Origin: Pseudomonadota bacterium
Lineage (GTDB): Bacteria; Pseudomonadota; Gammaproteobacteria; Burkholderiales; Burkholderiaceae_B
NCBI GenBank assembly: GCA_023389155.1
Contig: JAEWEV010000035.1
Span: 85,866-149,865 of the forward strand
DNA length: 64,000 nucleotides
Direction of reading: 5' to 3'
This document shows positions 33,005 to 40,404 of this stretch, piece by piece. Positions within the stretch are counted from its first letter, which is position 1. Every line of letters starts with the position of its first letter. The translations under genes were made by a program, and so were the position numbers. The notes below the pieces were generated by a model. It had not been told where the DNA came from and did not search any database. It was given only the letters and a program-made list of their open reading frames with translations.

Positions 33005-34295
33005 AGAACTCGGTAAAAGCAGCAGGATAAGCAGAATGGGGCTGATCCGGAATATTTGCCGGATCGGTAGAAACGAACCGACCGGCGTCATCGGAATAAA
33101 GCGTGATATGGACAGGTTGTTCCACTAAGCTGCCACGACGCTTGACAATATGTACGTGAAGACCTGTGGGCACGGGGTGCAGTACAAGGCGCAGGGGAGC
33201 AGGCGAAGATTGCCGCGCAGCAGACAGCCCCCGGACAAGTACGAAAAGCGTATCCCCCTTTTGCGCAGCCAGCTGCAGGCGACGCAGGGCCGCATCACGC
33301 AGGCTATCCTGCCATACCACAAGGGCAGCAAAGGCACCACTGTTCAGAATATGCTCTGCCGCCCACAAGGCATCTGCCATGCCCCGGGGAGACAGCCAGA
33401 GCAGGCGGGAAGGGGCTACCCCCCAATGCGCCCAGGCGCAAGTTTGAGGAACATAAGGCGGCTGAATCAGCACAATGGGTCGCTGATCGTGCTCATTGCG
33501 TACACGAGCATCTGAAGCAGAAGACGAAGCACGACACCCCGGGCTGCCTGCCTGACAGCTCAGGGCATGCCTGAATAACTGAAGTTCACCGATACCGGCG
33601 CGTGGCGTCATGACTTCGATGAGATTACCAAGTGGCCAGCCGCCACCCGGTAATTGAGCCGATATTTCCGGGTAACCGGTACTGGCGTACAGACCTGGAG
33701 AACAGGCAATTTGCGACGCACGCCAGAGAGCGGGATGAATACGTTCTGGCGCAGTCAGCACAAAAGCGGGACCCGAGGGATGGGCAGACGAAGGAGTAGG
33801 ACCATCTGGTGCTTTCGCGTCCCGTACCACTTCCTGAGAGGCTTCCGTTTCCGGGAGATTTACGGTCTCCCGAGGATATGCTGTTTCCAGACGTTGTGCC
33901 GATCCCGGATTTCGATCTGACTTTTGCTGCCCGCCCGACAAGCTGAAGTCACCATCGGATGCGTTTTGCCAAGGCTTCCGAGCGCCGGCCCCGGAGACAC
34001 CGCTGGACACCGAGAGCGGCAGGGGCAAAGACAAGGTTTCAGACGGTGCTGTTTCAGACGGCACATTTTGCGCGGTCCTGTCGTTAAGGCTTTTCGATAG
34101 CCTGCTGGATACCTGAGCAATGCTTTTTGCGATGCTGCCGGATTTTTTCGATGGCCTTGTCGCCGGTGTTTTTGCAGGTTTTACAGGCGTTTTGGCGAGC
34201 TTTTCCGCTGGCGATGTTGACCTTGATATTGGTGTTGATATTGCTGTTGGTGTTGATGGTGGCGTCAATGGTGGCGTCGATGTATTTTTCATCAT
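32943..34295 (-). CDS. imuA: translesion-synthesis-associated RecA/SulA-fold protein ImuA with a ~200-aa low-complexity N-terminal extension
   Basis: The C-terminal half (HPALWRASQI..GGGWPLGNLIEVMTPRAGIGELQL..) is ImuA-like. ATG 34295 has AAGAGGA 6 nt upstream and lies 14 nt from the LexA box. Confidence 0.8.
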   Translation of the reverse strand: MMKNTSTPPLTPPSTPTAISTPISRSTSPAEKLAKTPVKPAKTPATRPSKKSGSIAKSIAQVSSRLSKSLNDRTAQNVPSETAPSETLSLPLPLSVSSGVSGAGARKPWQNASDGDFSLSGGQQKSDRNPGSAQRLETAYPRETVNLPETEASQEVVRDAKAPDGPTPSSAHPSGPAFVLTAPERIHPALWRASQIACSPGLYASTGYPEISAQLPGGGWPLGNLIEVMTPRAGIGELQLFRHALSCQAGSPGCRASSSASDARVRNEHDQRPIVLIQPPYVPQTCAWAHWGVAPSRLLWLSPRGMADALWAAEHILNSGAFAALVVWQDSLRDAALRRLQLAAQKGDTLFVLVRGLSAARQSSPAPLRLVLHPVPTGLHVHIVKRRGSLVEQPVHITLYSDDAGRFVSTDPANIPDQPHSAYPAAFTEFYDANMDSRTSTAPYTGHTLS

Positions 34296-34309
34296 GGCAA
34301 TCCTCTTAA

Positions 34310-34329
34310 TACTGTATAAGTATACAGTA
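34310..34329. promoter_or_regulatory. LexA operator (SOS box)
   Basis: TACTGTATAAGTATACAGTA is a perfect CTGT-N8-ACAG palindrome. It is near-identical to the E. coli-type consensus TACTGTATATATATACAGTA. It sits in the imuA/PepSY divergent intergenic region. Confidence 0.9.
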
Positions 34330-34446
34330 TTTTTAAAAGCGCCATAATTGTGGAAAACCGGGGGATTTCTGGATGATTACACTCTTCTCACCGCGGAATG
34401 CATTACACTAGGAGACCAATCTCCCTTTTTCTTTCAGGTATATCTC

Positions 34447-34746
34447 ATGAAAACCACCTCTTCTCTGCTCTTCTCCCTATTCCTTGCCCTGCCCGGCCTG
34501 GCAATGGCTGACTCCAAGCACCAGGAGGAAGCTCAAGCCATCAATCAGGCAAAAATCAGCCTGATCCAGGCAGTACAGACGGCAGAATCCGAAACCGGTG
34601 CAAAAGCCGTGGAAGTGGATTTTGATCGTGAAAACAATGTCTGGGGATATGAAGTGAAAACACTCGAGCCCGGGAAAAAATATGAGCTTTTCATTGATGC
34701 CACCACTGGAGAGATCATTTCTCGCAAAGAAAAAAACAAACAGTAA
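34447..34746 (+). CDS. secreted PepSY-domain protein
   Basis: Trimmed to the ATG at 34447. Signal peptide MKTTSSLLFSLFLALPGLAMA. The PepSY-like core is ISLIQAVQTAESETGAKAVEVDFDRENNVWGYEVK..IDATTGEII. Confidence 0.75.
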   Translation: MKTTSSLLFSLFLALPGLAMADSKHQEEAQAINQAKISLIQAVQTAESETGAKAVEVDFDRENNVWGYEVKTLEPGKKYELFIDATTGEIISRKEKNKQ

Positions 34747-34785
34747 GCGCATCTGATTGCATCTGCCATTACGATGCAATAGCAA

Positions 34786-34836
34786 CCTTTGATAGTGTCA
34801 TTATCGAAATAACACTATCAAGGTTTCCCTATTTTT
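34786..34836 (+). terminator. intrinsic terminator after the PepSY gene
   Basis: CCTTTGATAGTGT (34786-34798) pairs with ACACTATCAAGG (34812-34823), giving 12 bp with one bulge. T-rich tracts follow. Confidence 0.5.
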
Positions 34837-34948
34837 CCTGCGCAATACAGACGGCGCATCCAAAAGCAGGCAGAGATTGCCGCAGGCCGCCAACAGCCAC
34901 CATCTCGGCTCCCGACCGCAAGATCCGAAGTGTCAGGCCTGTATAGCG

Positions 34949-36016
34949 CTAACGCCCGATAATCGCCGCCTGCTCATCGCCCGCCGTCACACGGAAATCT
35001 GAATACGGATCTTCCTGCCCAATATTGATACGCATCCGGGTGGTTCTGATATTGCCGAAAATAGTCGCAAAGGGGGTGTCTTTGGCATCATTGCCTCGGG
35101 CAATCACAACCAGGTTGTCGGGCGGCACCAGCCTTGTCGGATCAAATTTGATCCAGCGCCCTCCCAGATAGGCCTCGAAAATCGCATGAAAGTCCTGAGG
35201 CGGTTCATCAAAATACACATACCCCACGCAAAACCGGGCAGGGATATTCAATGCGCGACAGAATGTAATGCCCAGGTGGGCAAAATCCCGGCACACACCT
35301 TTGCGCTTTTCGAACACATCCCAGGCCGAAGTGGTGGAATCCGAATATCCGACTTCATACTGAATATTCTCCTGGATCCAGTCGATAATGGACTCTACCA
35401 GCGCAATACCGTCTCCCTGCGCACAGAATAGCGACTGAACCTCAGACGAGAGCACGTCTGACTCACAATAGCGGCTCGGCCGCAGGCAGGGAATAGTCTT
35501 CTTTGGCAGACGTCCAATGGAATAAATCGCTGCCTGATCAGGCCGTCGGTCATTGTTCGTCACTACGCGGGCCGTGTAGTCCACACTGACCGTCCCCTCT
35601 TCTGCCATGAACGATGCAAAGCGTCCGCCTACCGCATCAATATTTTTCTGAAAATTGACCGCCGCTCTGGTTCCATCATGATTGACATACTCGACTTTCA
35701 GACTCTCTTGCAGAATCAACTGGCTTTTCTTGGAAACCAGCATATTCAGAAAAAATTCACTTGCCGAAAACACCTCATAATCCAATGAGGTTTTAATTGT
35801 TGATACCAGCATTCCTGATGACTCCGCTATGTAATGAATCCGGCAAATTGCCGCCGACAGCTTAACTTGATATTCATGCTTTCTGCATTCGAAAGCAGTG
35901 TGTAAAACTGCACTTACTTCCATCGGCCCGCACACCAACCCGCAAGCCGCTTTTTTTTCCAACCGCTCAGATATCGCATTACGAAAAGAAAAATATTCTG
36001 CCGACGTCTGAATCAC
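34949..36016 (-). CDS. transglutaminase-like (papain-fold Cys-His-Asp) family protein
   Basis: Core motif KRKGVCRDFAHLGITFCRALNIPARFCVGYV, followed by the ..FHAIFEAYLGGRWIKFDPT His/Asp region. The start is uncertain, and the 5' third is much more AT-rich than the rest. Confidence 0.75.
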   Translation of the reverse strand: MIQTSAEYFSFRNAISERLEKKAACGLVCGPMEVSAVLHTAFECRKHEYQVKLSAAICRIHYIAESSGMLVSTIKTSLDYEVFSASEFFLNMLVSKKSQLILQESLKVEYVNHDGTRAAVNFQKNIDAVGGRFASFMAEEGTVSVDYTARVVTNNDRRPDQAAIYSIGRLPKKTIPCLRPSRYCESDVLSSEVQSLFCAQGDGIALVESIIDWIQENIQYEVGYSDSTTSAWDVFEKRKGVCRDFAHLGITFCRALNIPARFCVGYVYFDEPPQDFHAIFEAYLGGRWIKFDPTRLVPPDNLVVIARGNDAKDTPFATIFGNIRTTRMRINIGQEDPYSDFRVTAGDEQAAIIGR

Positions 36017-36440
36017 ACGCGCACACCGCCACCAGCAGCGTTTGCCACTATCGATGACAGATCAGAAAAAGGCATTTATTGCTGATTGACTGAATAACTG
36101 TGGGTTCTACAAGCCGTTTTTTATTACCTGGCTCTGGTTACCCCGATCTAATAACCCCCATACCCGACACCCCATCCCTCATACCGACCTTTTTATTGAA
36201 TATTTAATATTGCATAAATAAGATCCAGGTACCAACTTCCCTGCCCTTTTAGCCCACATCGGCCTGAGCTGCGATAGCGAATTTCATTTGCTATCCATAT
36301 GAGGGAAAAACGCAAGCTTCCCCAAAAATTTTAACAAACCTGTCAATAGGCTATATCTGGCCAATCATATAGCCTCTGCAAGAACAGCAGTTATTCACGG
36401 GCGTCTTGACATGCGCGCAAGGGGCTTAGGCTGACGCCAA

Positions 36441-36515
36441 TAAAAACCCCGATATCACGCAGCGTCGTTGAACCCTGACGTGATGTCAGTCAGTTCAGCC
36501 TGCACGATACCGGGG
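36441..36515 (-). terminator. structured terminator-like element downstream of the tRNA-like gene
   Basis: On the minus strand, CCCCGGTATCGTG (36515-36503) pairs with CGTGATATCGGGG (36459-36447). That gives 13 bp including 3 G-U pairs. It encloses a CTGAC/GTCAG hairpin (36475-36489) and is followed by TTTTT (36446-36442). Confidence 0.45.
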
Positions 36516-36526
36516 CGGTGATTCTT

Positions 36527-36600
36527 TCCACAGGTACGGGTTCGAACCGTAAACCTCCTCGTGAAGTACTCGGATACTCTACCAGTTGAGCTACCTGTGG
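36527..36600 (-). ncRNA. tRNA-like RNA gene with a non-canonical anticodon arm (atypical tRNA or tRNA pseudogene)
   Basis: Hand fold of the minus strand:
- acceptor CCACAGG/CCTGTGG, 7/7 Watson-Crick (WC) pairs
- D arm GCTC-AACTGGTA-GAGT
- anticodon arm CCGAG-TACTTCA-CGAGG, 3 WC pairs plus a tandem G-A
- variable loop AGGTT
- T arm TACGG-TTCGAAC-CCGTA
- discriminator A, and no encoded CCA. Confidence 0.6.
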
Positions 36601-36607
36601 ATTTCCT

Positions 36608-36636
36608 ATTTTCCGGTAAACCTTTTAGCGCATCAA
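36608..36636 (-). promoter_or_regulatory. sigma70-like promoter candidate for the tRNA-like gene
   Basis: On the minus strand: TTGATG (36636-36631), a 17-nt spacer, then GAAAAT (36613-36608). The -10 element ends 7 nt before the tRNA-like 5' end. Confidence 0.35.
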
Positions 36637-37073
36637 CTCAAAATACGAGTGTAAAAATATATAACAGTACGAGTGAAATTTAATCAGGCACGACGTCTCA
36701 ATTCTAGTATTCATGATATGAAAGCCCTCATTGCTTCAACCCAACTGTAAACGGCTATTTTGCAGAGTGAGTTCGAAATCACGCTATTGAATCGGCGTTA
36801 TTGGACGGATTTCAAAATTTCAGGCTTATTCTACATGGGATGGCATTTTTGAAAGACACTCTGAATTACGCCAAAAATAGTGTGTATTGATCTTATGAAA
36901 AAACTGAAAGACCAACACCTGCGGTTGAAATGGCTAAATGAATCAGGTTTTGGTGAGTACCCTATCCCCCGATTATGGGGTAGAGCCGAGCCGTAGAGCC
37001 TAGAGCGGCACGCTGAAGAATTCCACAAAACAAAAAAGGCTAGCTGCAAATTGCGCTAACCTCTTGATATTTG

Positions 37074-37150
37074 TGGCGGAGCGGACGGGACTCGAACCCG
37101 CGACCCCCGGCGTGACAGGCCGGTATTCTAACCAACTGAACTACCGCTCC
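37074..37150 (-). tRNA. tRNA-Asp (anticodon GTC)
   Basis: The reverse complement reads GGAGCGGTAGTTCAGTTGGTTAGAATACCGGCCTGTCACGCCGGGGGTCGCGGGTTCGAGTCCCGTCCGCTCCGCCA. It folds as a canonical cloverleaf and encodes CCA. Confidence 0.95.
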
Positions 37151-37203
37151 GCAGCGGTGATATTTTTCAGACCATTTGTTTATTGATTTATAAACAAAGT
37201 GCC

Positions 37204-37279
37204 TGGCGTCCCCTAGGGGATTCGAACCCCTGTACCCACCGTGAAAGGGTGGTGTCCTAGGCCTCTAGACGAAGGGGAC
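37204..37279 (-). tRNA. tRNA-Glu (anticodon TTC)
   Basis: The reverse complement reads GTCCCCTTCGTCTAGAGGCCTAGGACACCACCCTTTCACGGTGGGTACAGGGGTTCGAATCCCCTAGGGGACGCCA. Confidence 0.95.
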
Positions 37280-37416
37280 AGGACTGTACTATAACTTCTC
37301 AAACCCTGTTTACATTGGCTTGTAAACACTGCCTGAAACTTCAAACCAGGCAATTTAAGAATCCGAGATTCTAGCATATTTTCTGGTTTCTTGCCAACAA
37401 TTTCGTTGAAAATTTT

Positions 37417-37492
<76 letters not shown>

Positions 37493-37529
37493 ACATGTTT
37501 CAACTAATGTTGCCTAGCGAAGAAGCGGA

Positions 37530-37558
37530 ATTATGACTGTTTTTTCGTTCTTGCGCAA
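37530..37558 (-). promoter_or_regulatory. sigma70 promoter candidate for the tRNA Ala-Glu-Asp operon
   Basis: On the minus strand: TTGCGC (37558-37553), a 17-nt spacer, then CATAAT (37535-37530), followed by a GC-containing discriminator TCCGC. It lies about 37 nt upstream of the tRNA-Ala 5' end. Confidence 0.5.
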
Positions 37559-37824
37559 GCTTTTTCCGCAACGTAATAAAAATACAACATCCAAAGCGCT
37601 GATTCGCCCGTCTCGATACCTACGATATGACAGACAAAACATATCGCCACTGTCTGCTCCGCGGCGCGCCCTAAGATACAGGCCCTTAAGACAGAACAGC
37701 AGCACAACGGCCAATAGTCAGTGAACGGCGTGTTTATGCCAATGACATTTGCGGCCATGCCGCTGTGCCCTGCACGCCTGCAATTTCGACGAAGCCCGCA
37801 ATAGCCGCGATCCTTCCTACACGA

Positions 37825-38667
37825 TCACGCCATTACAATTGAATTACGTACGCGGCGAGCGGCGACCAGCACTTCGCCTGCGACCATACCAATGGGGCCC
37901 ACCCCGTCCTGAACCAGAAGGTCGGCGGCTGCACCGTGCAGCCATACGGCGCCAGGCACTGCCTGTGCAGCTTCCACACCCTGCGCCAGACACGCACCCA
38001 TTATGCCGGCCAGAACATCGCCGGTGCCGCCAGAGGCCAGGCCCGGGTTGCCCGTGCAATTGGTCTGGGTATCGCCCTGAGGAGAGGAAATCACGGTTTT
38101 GTGCCCCTTGAGAACAGTCCAGGCATCATATTTCTTGCTGATGTCGACAGCCGCACGCGCACGCGCTTCCTGCACCTGACCGACCTCGCAGTCCAGCAGT
38201 CTGGCGGCCTCCTGGGGATGCGGAGTCAGGACAAGGGGACGATTGCGTTTGCCTGCCCCAATTTTTCCCTGTGCCAGCAGATTAAGACCATCGGCATCCA
38301 GCACAAGCGGGATATTAATGGTCGCCCGAAAAAGCTGGTACAGAAGACCCAGTGATTTTTCATCCAGACCCATTCCCACGCCCGCAACGCAAACCGTCAT
38401 ATCACCGGCGCGTAGCAGATCTTCGGCCCGATGCAGCATCAGTTCTGGATGCATGGGGTCCACGGCAAATGGCAGCTCCTGCACGAAACCGAGCTTGACC
38501 TTACCTACCCCCTGCAATAGCGCGGCCCGACCGGCAAGCAGTGCTGCTCCCGTCATTCCGGGCGCGCCGCCTATAATACCCAGCGTGCCGAAACTGCCCT
38601 TGTGGCTCTCAGCCGCACGAGGTCGGCAAAGCGCCGGAAAATGTCGTCTAGCGTATTCAACTGTCAT
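37825..38667 (-). CDS. nnrD: ADP-dependent NAD(P)H-hydrate dehydratase (YjeF C-terminal domain type)
   Basis: 280 aa. Contains HKGSFGTLGIIGGAPGMTGAALLAG and GGTGDVLAGIMGA motifs. Confidence 0.85.
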   Translation of the reverse strand: MTVEYARRHFPALCRPRAAESHKGSFGTLGIIGGAPGMTGAALLAGRAALLQGVGKVKLGFVQELPFAVDPMHPELMLHRAEDLLRAGDMTVCVAGVGMGLDEKSLGLLYQLFRATINIPLVLDADGLNLLAQGKIGAGKRNRPLVLTPHPQEAARLLDCEVGQVQEARARAAVDISKKYDAWTVLKGHKTVISSPQGDTQTNCTGNPGLASGGTGDVLAGIMGACLAQGVEAAQAVPGAVWLHGAAADLLVQDGVGPIGMVAGEVLVAARRVRNSIVMA

Positions 38668-38944
38668 AGTGCTCCTTTGTCAGCCTGACGCCGATCGGGT
38701 GTCACCAATGAAAAACATCCCTGTCACCCCCGGTTCGAGCTATTGCCTGCAAGGACCCATCACAGCATACTCGTCCATGCCCGTCAAGGACCTGGGCAGA
38801 CCAAAGAGAAATCAGCACATCCGGTTTGTTATGGCTCGACGTGCAATGTCAATCAAATAGCCGATGACCAATTCCGTCTTGTAAATCAAGGGATTCAAAT
38901 GCCCGGAAATTGCGGGGTGTGAGGTCCGTGGAACGCCGCGTGGC

Positions 38945-39487
38945 TCAGGGATTGGGCGAGTGAAGTATTTCCAGCGGCATGCCGGAATCATGCCGCGGAA
39001 TGTAATACAAAACGGATCGGTATTTTGGCGTCGAGCGAATGTCAGCTACGACGCCCCCGAGGGATTCGGCAATACGCCGACTGGGGTGATTATCCTCTGC
39101 AACCGGATAGACGAAGCGTGAATAATCGAATGTTGCACTTGCCCACGCGTAAAGGCAGGTTACCGCTTCCCGTCCGAATCCCTTACTGTGGCAGTCTTCG
39201 CGAATCCAAATCCCGAGTTCGGGCGTGGATGTTCGCAAATCATGCAGACCGACCAGCCCCAGAAAAAGATTGGTTTTTTTCTCCCTAATGGTAAACACCA
39301 GCTCCTTCTTGTCGGCAAAATTTTGTATCCACGTTTGCCAGATCTTCGCAAATTCGTCCGGATTTGCCGCAGGCTCCCATCTCATGTAGCGGGTCAGTGA
39401 CGGAGTGATGCACGAATACGCTTCATCGGCATCAGAAGCAGAGAAAAGGTGAAGTGTTAGCCGCGGGGCCAGTAGCACATCGATCAT
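38945..39487 (-). CDS. GNAT family N-acetyltransferase (RimJ/RimL-like)
   Basis: 180 aa. Starts ..RLTLHLFSASDADE, and contains the acetyl-CoA segment HSKGFGREAVTCLYAWA. Confidence 0.7.
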   Translation of the reverse strand: MIDVLLAPRLTLHLFSASDADEAYSCITPSLTRYMRWEPAANPDEFAKIWQTWIQNFADKKELVFTIREKKTNLFLGLVGLHDLRTSTPELGIWIREDCHSKGFGREAVTCLYAWASATFDYSRFVYPVAEDNHPSRRIAESLGGVVADIRSTPKYRSVLYYIPRHDSGMPLEILHSPNP

Positions 39488-39517
39488 TATTCAAACAGCG
39501 CTGTTTGAACTACCGGG

Positions 39518-40267
39518 CTAATTCGATTTGCTTGCCGACCGCATACGCTGACGGCTATTGATAATATGCATGCGCATGGCTGCCCGGGCGCCATCGGCAT
39601 CCTGCGCGGCAATCGCGTTGAAGATCGCCTCGTGCTCCATGTTTAGCCGTTGCTGATACATGGCTTTTTCCTGATCAAAAATGGCCAGACGACTGCGAGG
39701 AATGGCGTGTTTACCCAATTGCCGCAGCAAATCAAGAAAATGCGCATTATGCGTGGATTTGGCGATTTGCTCATGAAACTGGAAATCGACGTCAACTGAA
39801 ATATCCCGGGAAATGTCTTCCTTGACCAGTGCTCGCAGGATTCGTTCCAGTTCTGCCAGCTGATCCTCGGTGCGGCGCTGTGCAGCCAGGCCGGCAGCCT
39901 CGGACTCCAGGCATGCCCTGACTTCAAGAACCGATGCCAGATCTTCCGCGGTACCCGGTGACATGGTACTGCGATCAAAAATCACATCCTTGATCGAAGG
40001 TTCCCGCACGAATGTGCCCACGCCATGGCGCGTCTCTACCAGACCGCGTGCCTGCAACTGCGAGATCGCTTCGCGTATCACGCTTCTGCTAACTCCAAAG
40101 GCTTCAACAAACTCCGATTCTGTCGGAAGTTTTTTTCCGACCTCCAGACTGCCGGAATGAATTTTTTCGGTCAGCTGCTCGACCACTTCATCGGACAGGG
40201 TTCTGCCTCTTTTTTTAATCGGGCCGGTGTTAATCAATAGGCGAGTTGGCATAGGTTTTGTGATCAC
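39518..40267 (-). CDS. GntR/FadR-family transcriptional regulator
   Basis: The winged-helix region is KLPTESEFVEAFGVSRSVIREAISQLQARGLVETRHGVGTFV. An FCD-type C-domain follows. It lies downstream of, and co-directional with, the garD-kdgD genes. Confidence 0.85.
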   Translation of the reverse strand: MITKPMPTRLLINTGPIKKRGRTLSDEVVEQLTEKIHSGSLEVGKKLPTESEFVEAFGVSRSVIREAISQLQARGLVETRHGVGTFVREPSIKDVIFDRSTMSPGTAEDLASVLEVRACLESEAAGLAAQRRTEDQLAELERILRALVKEDISRDISVDVDFQFHEQIAKSTHNAHFLDLLRQLGKHAIPRSRLAIFDQEKAMYQQRLNMEHEAIFNAIAAQDADGARAAMRMHIINSRQRMRSASKSN

Positions 40268-40404
40268 CTGAATAATATATGGTTACGTTTCATGACAACG
40301 ATGATTTTAAAACGTTTTCCGGCCCAAGCGTCAGAATCAGCACCGGTTTCCGGTAATGTTCTGCGGATATTCAAATTCCCTGAGCGACTTTCCATTTTGC
40401 ACCA

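Noticed and set aside
36831-37049. 72-aa minus-strand ORF in the AT-rich block
   Set aside because: It has no SD motif, an odd Cys/Phe/Ser-rich composition, and lies directly downstream of tRNA-Asp. It is treated as non-coding.
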